Shown here: positions 52,698-64,000 of the stretch, in pieces
Layout of the letters: the number at the start of each line of letters is the position of its first letter
How positions within the stretch are numbered: the stretch's first letter is position 1
Origin: Antedon mediterranea
Lineage: Eukaryota; Animalia; Echinodermata
NCBI RefSeq assembly: GCF_964355755.1
Contig: NC_092676.1
Span: 14,650,871 to 14,714,870, forward strand
Length of the DNA stretch: 64,000 bases
Reading direction: 5' to 3'
The notes under the pieces: generated by a model
What the model saw: the letters and a program-made list of their open reading frames with translations, nothing else
Told to the model about the DNA's origin: nothing
Database searches by the model: none
Translations under genes and position numbers: made by a program

Positions 52698-54480
52698 ATG
52701 GCTGAAGCAGAGCCTACAAATCAACCAAGTGTACTTGAACAATTTAAACACTTCAAGGAAACAGTTGAAATGGCCTTTGCAGGGATCCCCAAACAAGAAG
52801 AGCAAAAAGTTAGCTATGTCATGTTGTGGATGGGAGAAAAGGCAATGAAAATCCGACGTGGATGGTCTCTTACTGAGCAAGAGAAAAACAACCTCCCGAA
52901 ACACTGGGAAAAATTTGAAGCGTTTATTCAACCAAAAACAAATTTTAATCTAGCCCGCTGTAACTTAAACAAAAACAAAAGGAAAGCATAGATGCGTATG
53001 TTGCTCGTGTTGAAATCGTATTAAAGGAGTGTGAATACCCCGATGAACAACACGACCAGCACATTCTTGAAGCAATCAAATTCGGCACAAACTCTGAAGA
53101 TGTACAGAAAAAGCTCTTCCGTCAAGCGAAGACTTACACACATAGCGACGCTATCAAGTACATTCAGTCCAAAGAAGCGGCCGATAAACAATTTAACGAA
53201 TTGCAAAGAGTTTCAAAAACTGGCACCACTGTTGAGGAAATAAACAAAACACTCACTCTGGCCAACGCCACAGTCAATTAAACCTGATCAAAAACTGCTC
53301 CAACTGCGGTACAGAAAGAAAAGAATGTAAAAATTGCGGCAAGAGCAATCACTGGGCGAGGAAGTGTAGAGTGAAACAATTCAACAAAACGACCCAGAAC
53401 CGACAATACAATCAAAAGCGCCCAAACAAAGGGAAACAGTATCGTCGCACGCAGGAGATTACAATAGAAGACTCGGATGACCCAACAAATTACGGTAGGA
53501 AATTTCAGAACCATGGTGAGATAACGGTTGACACAGAACATAATAGTCACATCGTGAACAAAACTAAATTCCACGTGTCAAGCTATGGGAATAACCTATT
53601 CGGACTGAAACTTTGCAAAGCACTAGTTATTCTTAGAATTTTATGCGACGATCAATGCATCGATTGCAATGGACACTTTGATGTTTGCGAGGTGTCAGAA
53701 AAAAACAGACAAAAAAGAGGAAGTAATCCAACAACACAAAGACATCTTCACAAGTATAGGATGTATGAAAACACCCTATAAAATTAAACTATCAAATGAA
53801 GCTACACCTGTGGTGAATCCCGTCCGCAAAATGCCAGATGTACTCAAAATACCTCTGAGAAAAGAGTTGGACAGACTGTTAGACTTGGACATTATCAGAC
53901 AGATGGACGAGCCAACAAAATGGGTAAATTCCATAATCTTAGTTACAAAACCAGATAAAACACTAAGAATCTGTCTTGACCCAAGAAACCTAAATAAATA
54001 CATCCAGCGACCTCGTCACTACACACAAACCCTCGACGAGGTACTTCCTAGATTAAGTGGATGTCAACAATTCAGCACATTTGATGTACGTAGTGGCTAT
54101 TGGAATATCCCGCTACACGAAGACAGTCAAGCACTGACGACATTTAACACTATATATGGAAGATTTTGCTTTAAGCGACTAGCTTTTGGACTTTCAAGTT
54201 CACAAGATCTCTTCCAAAGAGAAATGGACTCTTCCAAAATATTCCAAATGTGTATTGCATCGCAGACGATTTATTGGTAGCAGCCGAAACAAGACAAGAG
54301 CATGACAAAGCAGTCACAGACATATTTAGAACCTGTCGAACAAGCGGCATCAAGCTAAATTCAGAAAAGTGTCGTTACCTACAAGATAGTGTAAAATTCT
54401 TTGGACATATGTTATCCAAAGATGGCATGCGGCCTGACCCATCAAAGGTAATAAGCAAATTGAAAGCCCCAACCGACATA
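52698..54480 (+). mobile_element. Decayed Gypsy element (gag, zinc knuckle, RT)
   Basis: CKNCGKSNHWARKC; WVNSIILVTKPDKTLRICLDPRNLN; DVRSGYWNIPL; IADDLLV; FFGHML...PDPSKV. Confidence 0.9.
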
Positions 54481-54484
54481 TAAG

Positions 54485-55205
54485 AAGACGTTGAGGACGA
54501 AGGGCGCAGATTACACCATGATGTCAAATCAGGTTTTAATAACTTGCATAACTTATATGGAGACAAAGAGTTTAGACTTCCAAACATATATTCAAAGGAT
54601 ACATTGCCTGTCAAAAAAGAGCATATTTTAACACAAGATGTTGGGGATGAGTGGTTGTCCCAGAAGTTGATAAAGAAATTCGCTTGATGTTGGGTAATAC
54701 TGTGGCCGAGGAATATACTCCCCTGGAAGTGGTTACAGGCCTGCCGGGGTCACCTTATGCATCAAAGACAGCATTGGGCTGGATTTTGTCGAGCATTGTA
54801 AGACAGGGTTAGACAGCTATTTATAAAGCCTGTAAATAAAGTGTAACTGCAAGCCATTTAAGAATTTGAGCAGTTTAATAACATGTTAAAGGATTCTATA
54901 TATATTGATTTCACAGATAGATCAACAGAGTTGGCAGGATTATCTGTGGAAGACAGATTTTGTGGACGGACATGTGTTACCTCTACCATGGCGAAACCAG
55001 AGTACAGTTTTGCCCAATAATAGATTTTTGCTTATCAAACGGTTTAAGTCCATAGAAAGGAGATTCCAAAGTGATCCGGAATTAAGAAATATGTATAGCG
55101 AAGCTGTGAATCAAATGTTAAAGCAAAGATACATGGACGAAGTTACTATGTCAACCACACATGAAGGGAAAAGAGTATGGTATATACCTCATCACACTAT
55201 ATCTA
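54485..55205 (+). mobile_element. BEL/Pao retrotransposon fragment
   Basis: PYASKTALGW, LPLPWR...LPNNR, VWYIPHH. Confidence 0.8.
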
Positions 55206-55209
55206 ATGG

Positions 55210-56112
55210 CTGAAAGCCAGATTTCCATATCAAGTGTCCCATTACGGAAGAGAAAGGACCAAGCGACGGTATTTATGTTAGAGTGCGGCAGATGTACATA
55301 CTCTTTTTAGAAAGACATTTTCCCAATGCCTACTTACAGGTAAAGAGTGGAACACAGCCAGAGTCGGTCGCATGTGAGGTAAAGTACCCCATTTATTTAA
55401 AGTACTTCAACGACAATTTTAATTATGGCTTTGGCCGTCCACATACTGATATTTGTGGTTTGTGTGCAGAGTTGGAATTAAAGATCCAGTTAGAAAAAAA
55501 TGCTGCAACAAGAGGACATCTAAAGACGGAACTTTAGCTGCACAAGAGGAAGGCACGGTCATACTATAACAAACTTAAGCGAGATTCTGAGATCGCCAAA
55601 AATGATGCCGAAGTGGAAACTCTGGCAATCGATTTCGAACAAAATATTCCTTACCCCCATCTTCCTGTTGGGGAAATATTTTACATGAGACAGCTTTGGT
55701 TGTATAACTTTTGTGTATAGGCCTATAGTTCTGAAACTAGAAAATCTACCATGTATATGTGGCCAGAAACGACAGCTTGCCGGGGTGCTAATGAAGTAAT
55801 GTCTTGCCTTAAGCACTATATAGATAACAAGCTATCACGTGGTGTTAAAAAACTTAATTTATATTCAGATGGATGCAGAGGTCAGAACCACAATCATGTT
55901 GTTGTTCAGATTCTGTTCTACCTATTAAAGAATAGGGACTCAATCTGAACTTGCCAGTAAGAGGCCATAGTTTCCTTCCCTGCGATCGACATTTTGCAAC
56001 CATAGAACGAAGGAAGCGAAAAAATGGATACAGTGCAATGGTATCCAGAATGGATAGCTATGGCTGAACAGTCATTTGAAGTAGTAAGAGTAACACAAGA
56101 TATCATTTAAGA
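55210..56112 (+). mobile_element. Sola-type DDE transposase fragment
   Basis: SHYGR, FGRPHTDICGLC, IDFEQNIPYP, RQLWLYNFC, RGANEVMSCL, YSDGCRGQN, RGHSFLPCDRHF. Confidence 0.75.
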
Positions 56113-56117
56113 TTATC

Positions 56118-57210
56118 GTGCTCAACCCCAGTAGGTGCAAGGTTATGCAGGTTTGTTTTATGAAGGAACCGCCTAACCCTCCTCACCTTCAAATCGCTGG
56201 GGTGGAGCTCGATGTGGTGTCTGAGACCAGGCTTCTGGGCCTGACTGTCCAGTCCAATCTTGGCTGGCAGTCCCACCTTAATGATATTATTAGTAAAAGT
56301 AGTCGACGACTATACATGCTATCACGTCTCAAACGGTTTGGTGTCCCGACTGAAGATTTGATCTCCGTGTATACGTGTTATGTTCGCCCAATAAGTGAGT
56401 ACGCTGTCCCGGTTTGGCATAGCAGTATAACCAAGGAACAGACCTACCAATTGGAGCGAATCCAAAAGAGAGCATGCCGCATTATCGTGGGTGCGGATTA
56501 CGTATCATACACGGAATCACTGAAGCAGTTGGGACTCCATACCATGACCGAGAGACGTTACCAACTATGCATTGAATTTGCAAAGAAATGTGCTAATGCG
56601 TATAGATATGCTGAGTGGTTTCCGAGAAATATGAGTAAGCATAATATGGCCTTACGGAAAAGTAATACATACCAGGTCCCCAAAAATAAGACAAATAGAT
56701 ATGGAAACAGTGCAATCCCGTTTCTCACTCGCTGCCTCAACAGTATTGATTAAAATAATAAAAGAAAATAAATGTATAATGTAACCAAATATTAACTAAT
56801 TTGACATATAGGCCTAGTAGAAAGTCCTTGAATTTGACTCAATTTATTCTTAATTCTCATTTAATTTTGTATTTAATGTTTTTGTAAATGTATAATTGTA
56901 ATTATTTAATTGTCGACTGATGTAAACCTTAATTAAGAAATCAATGTAAATACTGCAACTTAAATTTAAGATTATATTTTTATACTGTAATTAAGTAATA
57001 ATGTATATACTATATCCTTGCAATAAGACTATATTTTTTAAACTTTATGTTTACATTTACATATATTTTGTAATTGCGATTATTTTGTTTAATGATGACT
57101 ATTACTTTACTTGTCTTTTGAATGTATAATTGTCCCTTACCATGCAATTCAGCAGATTTGCTGCCAATTGGTTTGTTTTTAATAAAGAATAATAAAGAAT
57201 AATAATAAAA
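56118..57210 (+). mobile_element. 5'-truncated CR1/L2-group LINE with 3'UTR
   Basis: Open ORF2 C-terminus (LNPSRCKVM...EYAVPVWHSS...LERIQKRACRII); tail aataaagaataataaagaataataataa. Confidence 0.85.
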
Positions 57211-57866
57211 ACTCGCAAACAACCTAAACAACCCATGTTCAATATGGTGGTTGTATTCAATGGATTTTAATACCAATATCTATTAATATCTATATTAATG
57301 TTAATATCTATATTAATGTTAATATCTATGTAACTCACACACGGTGCAACTTGTGTTCTAATGTTATACTTTTTAGAGATTATGTGTGTAGTAGACGTAA
57401 TAGAATGTTTTGAATTTTACTAGTACTGGCTGTGATGGCTGATTTGATTACCTGGGCAGTGAAGTTAATATAAATGTAATTTTACCATGCATTAATTCTT
57501 CAGATTTAATAATAAATACTACTATTTGTCAAAACAGTCATTATTACCTATCTTCTGTGTTATATTTGTGACTCATCAGATGTATAATTTATTGTAGAAG
57601 GGCCCAAATCCAGCTTACAAAACCGATTCCCGTGTTGCCATGGAAATGAAATGTAATATTTTTACAAGTTTGTATAATGTAAGTCCATGCATTAAAGGAT
57701 CACAGACAATAAAGAAAGTTTATATTAAAACCAATCCAAATATATTAATATTTTTTCTTTTTACGGAAAAAAATTTCAATGGAGTTGGGCCCTTCTTTCA
57801 TTCAGGTATTCAAATAATAAGAAATAGTACTAGTATGCCAATGACTGCTATCTAAAATACTGTTTT

Positions 57867-57954
57867 TTAAAGCAACTTCTCACGAATATTAACATCCTGA
57901 ACTTCTGGTAAAAGTGCATCAATCAGAAGTTCTGTGAGAGTAAACACCAGATGC
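57867..57954 (-). CDS. SNX19: SNX19-like sorting nexin, last coding exon
   Basis: ttatag acceptor. Encodes (R)HLVFTLTELLIDALLPEVQDVNIREKLL*, the end of the Nexin_C region. Confidence 0.8.
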
Positions 57955-58639
57955 CTATAAAAAAAAATTTAGTTTTTTAATTTAGAATAAAAGTAAAAAT
58001 TGTACTGAATACAATTGTCAAAAAGCATTGGTCTTTGTAATATTTCTAAATGTCTCTTAGAGTAAAACGACAAATAACAATAGCTACTGGCATAGTACTG
58101 ACAGTGATGGTCACAGAAGAGACACAAGTAGGATTGAGTATTAAGCAGGGAGTTGTTAATTAGAACTCCCTAGGTAAGCAAGGCCAAGAATATCCATAAT
58201 ACTAAATAATAATTTTTTTAACAGTATGAACCTTTAGCTAATCTATTTAATCTCATTGAGAATTTGGTGCCAGGTGCCAGGAGAAAAACCGCGGGAGTCA
58301 AGCAAGTTTTCGAAAAAATCGTCATATGGGCTATCTATACTTAGTTTAGTTTGATGGGCACTTCAGGAAAAGTAGGGTTCGTTAAAATCCTACTGGCTTC
58401 GGGCTGGATGATGTGATGTCGTAATATGACAAGAAATAAAAAACAGGATTGTAATCTTTTTCATCGAAGATTATAACATTTGCTCAGGTAATTATCTTTC
58501 TACTGTATGTATCTTCATGTCTCAATTTAATAATGTAATTTCACCTATTATGTTTGGTAGGGCTGGGGAAGGCGAAGAGACGGGACAAGATTTAGTACAG
58601 TAGTAGTAGTAGTAGTAGTTAAAATAATATCTACTGTAC

Positions 58640-58727
58640 CTATTAAGGACTGGATCTTGTAAAGATGCATGTACAAATAGTAGACAATTTTCAAGTTCGT
58701 CTTCACCAACTCCATAAGTAACAATAC
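58640..58727 (-). CDS. SNX19: SNX19-like exon (Nexin_C)
   Basis: tatag/gtacag splice sites. Encodes (G)IVTYGVGEDELENCLLFVHASLQDPVLN(R). Confidence 0.82.
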
Positions 58728-58850
58728 CTATATTACACAGAATGCATAATTAATTTCCTTTCCAGTATTATACAAATTTAAAGAATTAAAGATTAGATGA
58801 TGAGCAATATAAATCAAATGACTTTTATCTGATGGGTGTAAAGTAAATAC

Positions 58851-59035
58851 CTGGCATAAATTCTTTAACTCTTTGAAAAGCAAGCTGTCTTGAATGTTCT
58901 TTCTCCTCATCTGTCTTTGGTGTATTTCGTTTGGAAATTAGTTGACCATTTGGCCAAAGTGCTTGCCGTATGAGCTGAATATATCGGGCACACATACCCT
59001 CATTAACAAGTTCATTTACAACATCTTCAAGCAAT
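58851..59035 (-). CDS. SNX19: SNX19-like exon (Nexin_C)
   Basis: tatag/gtattt splice sites. Encodes LLEDVVNELVNEGMCARYIQLIRQALWPNGQL...KEFMP. WPxG is typical of the SNX13/19/25 Nexin_C domain. Confidence 0.85.
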
Positions 59036-60115
59036 CTATATAACAATAGAAATAGCCAATATTGTAATCAACAAGATTTGAATGCATTACTTTGATGAAT
59101 TATATGTGGTCTTTGTTGTGATTGATTGCAATAAATTGCTAATTTTTTTAGTATTTTTTCCAAAAATCTGAAGGTGCATTGGAACAATATCATCATTAGA
59201 TATCACTGAACAGGATATGATGGGTAATTAACTATGGTAATCACATGACAATAGATTACTTGTCATTTGATTGGAAGATTTTAGGTCACATGATATTCAA
59301 TAAATTTTCTAATGACCTTAATTACATCAACGAAAGTATTCGTTTTAGCTACTATGACAAAGAGATATACAATTAAACAAAAATTTAGGTGGGAAAATGA
59401 TTTCAAAACATTTTATATGCCAAAATTGTACACAAATTCATATCTACAACTCATGGTTTCCATGATGAGAATAATAAATAGTATCTGCTGAGTAGCTATA
59501 AGAAGTTTCAGTAGGTATATTTTTTGGTTTAAAATATCCATTGGCCAACACACAATATTTTACCTGCATGTCTGTCATTACTTTACATTAAGAGTTTTAT
59601 GAAAATTTATGAAATTTATCACATAGAGTAAGAACATAAAATGAGCAAAAACAGTTATCGTAAGACACTTTAGGCTATGAACACTGAACATTTGCATGTG
59701 AAGCAACCCTCAGAAGCAAAATGTGTCAAATCAAAATTTATGATTCAATGAACAATTTCAATTTTAAGTAAATAACACACATGTGATGTCAAACGTTAAC
59801 AATTGTGCGCTCACGAATTTGAATCAGATCATAACTTCTTATAAATCATCCAAATGAATGGTGCCCTCATTATGGAAGCCAAACAGTTGATATGACTTCA
59901 TGCACAATTTCAAACAGTTCTCTCTTTAATTTTAACATTTTAATTAAATGTTGGAAAATTTGATCACCTAGGAAATTTTTTGATGACATGACATTCAACA
60001 TGGCAGCAATATGCACATTTTGGGTGAATGCTGTGCATAACAATTAACAGCACTCATTTTCTTGTATAGATCTCTAATATTTGTCTAGAAATAAATATAT
60101 ATTCTACTGAATTAC

Positions 60116-60408
60116 TTATTGATAAGTTTGCCGAAGGCTATAGCTATGATTTGTTGAGTAGTTTCTTTAACAATCCAATTGCCATAATCATGCATAGCCT
60201 CACATAACAGACACATGAATGCATCAGCCAATGGAATTTCAGCATAGTTGAGCTCATTCTTATTATTCTCAGGTAGTTGAAACACTGCTTGTCTTCCTGT
60301 TGTTGTATCGTACTGTTCCATTACATTTTCTTTGTCTTCTTCAGTACTTGAATTTGTTACTCTGTTCTCTAGAAAACCCTTTACCAGAACATCAATGTTT
60401 TTCTCAAC
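60116..60408 (-). CDS. SNX19: SNX19-like exon
   Basis: ttattag/gtaatt splice sites. Encodes VEKNIDVLVK...EIPLADAFMCLLCEAMHDYGNW...FGKLIN(K). Phase chain is consistent. Confidence 0.82.
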
Positions 60409-61641
60409 CTAATAATAGTTAATTAAAGGTAAAGTTTAAATATAATATTGTAGCACTTGCCAATTAAATTGAACAGGCATACTAAGGGAGAGCTTGGGTT
60501 TAAATCTGTGTTTGTATGAAAGCCAAGCAAGTGAACCAACAAGCTTCTATATTCCAATGAAGAGAACATGCAGTGACGGTGCCATACTGACAATGTTGTG
60601 AAAGAAAAAATGTTTTTTTTTTGTAAAAAAGATCACCTATTGTTATTGTATAAATCTCTGTTCAGTTTCTTCTTATTTATTTCTTTCTTTAGAGATTTTG
60701 TGTACCGATTATCTGAAAAACTTCATTCTTGCCGATTTTCAAATTGTATCTTTCCCATAATAATAATTGGCCATAATACGGTTTTCAGCATGTCATCACT
60801 GAACCATAATGCCATTTTGTGAATTCACCTTTTCAATTATATTTTCATAATTGCTTGTAAGATATCAATTAAATTAACCACTGGTCAAATTTACACCTAT
60901 ATAATTTAGTTTTATATAACACCTAAATAGATTCCTGTCATTTGATTGGACGATTATGAGTAACAAAAATAAATAAATTTATAAACAGATAAGCTCCACA
61001 TACTAGCCTAGCCTATCCTAGGCCTATGTCCTTTCATTGAATCTGAATGAAAATGACAAGAATCTATTATATAAATAATGAATGATAAATAATGAATGTT
61101 TTATATTCGTGCTATGCTACAAATAGTTTAATTCGGTGAAAGCTGAAAGGTCATATTCTTGTTTGGCTGCTGCCTAATATAAAAATAATTTGTACCATCA
61201 CACTCATAAACATTAATTATTTGTGTTTAATAGCCATTTACTATAGCTGATAGAAGCTTTTTGTTCTTAGCAAAGCAATTTTTATATCATAGAAAGTTGA
61301 CCTTTGAATCTGATGAATTTAAATTTTGTTAAGTTTCAATATTAAGACTGTCTTAATTTTAATTTACAATAAATTATAGAATTTCATAAAATTGCGCGCA
61401 AATTATGCTGCACATTTCTGATGTCATCCAAAACCTTATTAGGACAAGTTCACTATGCTTCCAAAATTCTGTGTTTTTAAGTTATACAGTATTAGAGAAA
61501 TGCTCTACACAAAAATCGGGGTGCTTAAAAACAAATAACAGATTTGACAATCACAATGATTGTCTGGTATACCAATACAGATTGTACACTAAATAACAAT
61601 TAATACAGATAAGAAGTAATCAATGTGATGTTTAATCTTAC

Positions 61642-61860
61642 ACTGGAATCTCTAGGTCTGAAAGCATATGATCTTTGTGGTCTACTTATTTCAATCCCTG
61701 AGAATGGTGAGGTGGGCATTTCTGACATGCTACGGCTTAGATGATTTAAATGTTCTTCATGATCAGTGTTCATTAAAGCTTGATTTTCTGGTAACATGGT
61801 TGAACTTGGTAACTTGGATTTCAATGTCCCCATAATGCCTGACATGCCACGTAGGAAAAA
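61642..61860 (-). CDS. SNX19: SNX19-like exon (post-PX linker); the gene continues beyond the right edge
   Basis: tttcag/gtaaga splice sites, phase 0-0. MSGIMGTLKSKLP resembles the post-PX segment of SNX19. The paralog assignment within SNX13/14/19/25 is from recalled motifs. Confidence 0.72.
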
Positions 61861-62289
61861 CTGAAACAGAAAAATGTTGAACATAATATTTTTTTAATAA
61901 CCCTTGGTGGGCCATATTGAAAATATATAGCATAGGTTTTAAAGATATTGCTTGATATGTCTAAAATGAGATTATTATTGGTTAAATACTGTACTTTGGT
62001 AATTCAACCTCCAACAAGCCTCTTATGTTATGTTCATAACATTTTATGGGGTCAATGTAAAAAATGACTTAAGACTAGAGTACAGCTATCAAATACTATC
62101 ATTACAAGTAATATATTTGTTTACGCCCGACAAGGAGGTTATGTACAGTAGTTGTGCGCTTCTTTTCCCCGTGTGTTTGTTTCTATGGTTTTTTGTTACT
62201 GTAGTTACCAGGATTATACTAAAAAATTATTTCCAGATCTTTACTAAATTGAAACCACAGATAGATATGTAGTCATGGATAATTAATAA

Positions 62290-62675
62290 TAAACAAGAAT
62301 ATTTCTTACAAAAAACGCTGCTCGCTTATTGTTATTGCTAAGGTCAAGTCTGGGGGTCACTTCATCAAGCCTAGATACTTCAAGTATCCTATTACAAACA
62401 AAAACTTCAATGGACTGTTTTGATAATAATTCAATGATTATCTGACAGTGAATTATAGTAATATCATGGGACTCATAAATACCAGAAATGCTTTGAGATT
62501 TGTCATTAGACTCTTTTCCCAGCCGTTTTTTGGATTCAACAGGTGGTACCTATAAATTATAGTAAAGTTTCCATTTTAACAAAAATGCCTAAGTGTAGTA
62601 CTATACTGCTGCTTGATTTCATCTAATGAATGAGTCATCCCGTGTGACGTAGCGGGCTAGAGCAGCAGCGTGAAA
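62290..62675. mobile_element. HINE-like interspersed repeat, copy 2
   Basis: Collinear with 28754-29369 but lacks an internal segment of about 210 bp. Confidence 0.75.
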
Positions 62676-62854
62676 AAAGATCCACAGCAGGAATTGAACC
62701 ATGGATCTCAACTGAGAGAGGCTGGATGCATAATCATTACAGTTTACACCAACTCTATTTTTAAAGTTGTAGTGCAAATAGCCTATAATAAAGAAACAAT
62801 TATGAAAATCTGACTTGGCTTTCGAAATAGGGCAAGCGGGGATTTGATTGGCTT

Positions 62855-63220
62855 ACGATGAAATCATACATAAAGTTACCACCATGCATTAAAAAAAATT
62901 CTGCACCATCATATCCCCATACAGTAATAAATCACTCTTTCACATGTGTAAATTCCCAAATAGCAAAGGTGATGCCAATTTTTAAGAATGGTGAAACTAA
63001 CCAAATAATTATTGTCTCATATCCGTTCTACTTATATTAAAAAAAATAATTGAATGAGTTGTTTTTAATCAACTTTATGCTTTTTTAAATAATAATCTAT
63101 TATATTATGTATAAATCAATCAGGTTTTCGACCATCATACTCAACATCTACTGCACTGCACACTGATGGAAGACTAGTATAGTGAAATAGACAAGGGTAA
63201 GAATCTACTTGATTTAAAAA
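62855..63220 (+). mobile_element. Decayed CR1/L2-group LINE RT fragment
   Basis: AKVMPIFKNG, QSGFRPSYSTSTAL. Confidence 0.65.
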
Positions 63221-63244
63221 TCGTGAGTCAATTTTACTCAAATT

Positions 63245-64000
63245 TTTATTAATATATCACGAAGGTTGGGAGGTCTACTAAATGCAATAATGGGTGGTTC
63301 CGGAAAAACAGTCCTCAATAGTCGAATTTGGCTGACATGGTTTGTACGTCAGTGTCTGATAGCGAGGAATATCTTTTGCTTTCTTTATAGCAGTTTCAAT
63401 GTATTCCTCATTCAAGTGGTTTATTAGATTGAAGGGACAGAAAATTGGCCTCAAATTGTCCCATAAATAAATTTGCAATAGATAGCACCATTTTTGTGCC
63501 CATCGCTGTGCCATGAATTTGGAGGTAATGGTCATTGCCAAAAATAAAAATGTTGTTGGTTAAAATCAACATTACCAGTTGTCGTAAATAAGCTTTAGTA
63601 GGCATAGTGGATTAACCTGTGCCAAATGAGTATTTTTTTCTCATCACATAAACAGATTTTGCCATCTTATCCGCAATTTCCGGGGTGGGATCTGTTATAA
63701 GTTTACGATAATGAAGAGGATTGTTTAGCTGTCTTAAGGACTCCTCTTCATAAAATTTGATGTCCATAGCTACAGTGGCAGAACCTTTATCAGCGGGTTT
63801 AATGATGATATCATTACTCTGACGCAATTTGGCAATGGCCTGCTTTTCTTGTTTTGAGAGATTGTCACGTTGTCGCTGGACCAGGGATGTACAGTAGTTT
63901 TGTACATCCTCCTCAAAAGCCTGAATAAATGTTTCTAAAGTCTGACAACGATTTTTAGGTGGATTCCAGGAACTTTATGGTTTAAATTCAGCAAAAAATT
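63245..64000 (-). mobile_element. Penelope-like retroelement RT fragment
   Basis: IIIKPADKGSATVAMD, RQLNNPLHYRKL, NNIFIF...YLQIHGTAMGT...IANLFMGQFE. Confidence 0.9.

Overview
AT-rich animal genomic DNA with GT-AG introns; the repeat and GPCR content suggests a marine invertebrate, possibly an echinoderm (inference). Host genes: the first five coding exons of SEC63 (minus strand, running off the left edge); a three-exon CD164/endolyn-like sialomucin (plus strand, head-to-head with SEC63); seven tandem intronless rhodopsin-class GPCR copies on the minus strand (one intact, six decayed or partial); and the last five exons of an SNX19-like sorting nexin (minus strand). The rest is mostly mobile DNA: an Academ-type transposon with XPG/PIN and Cys-rich domains, piggyBac-, Kolobok- and pogo-type elements, Helentron-type HINEs, several LINE clades, Gypsy, BEL, DIRS, Penelope, Sola, a SINE and minisatellites. 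There is no CRISPR array or prokaryotic system. The most unusual signal is a recurrent TA to TAGGCCTA 6-bp insertion. It is visible by comparing paralogous repeats and by restoring decayed reading frames, it clusters near the SEC63/CD164 5' ends, and it looks like a transposon excision footprint. All coordinates, family calls and counts were made by eye without database searches; TE boundaries are approximate unless termini are given.
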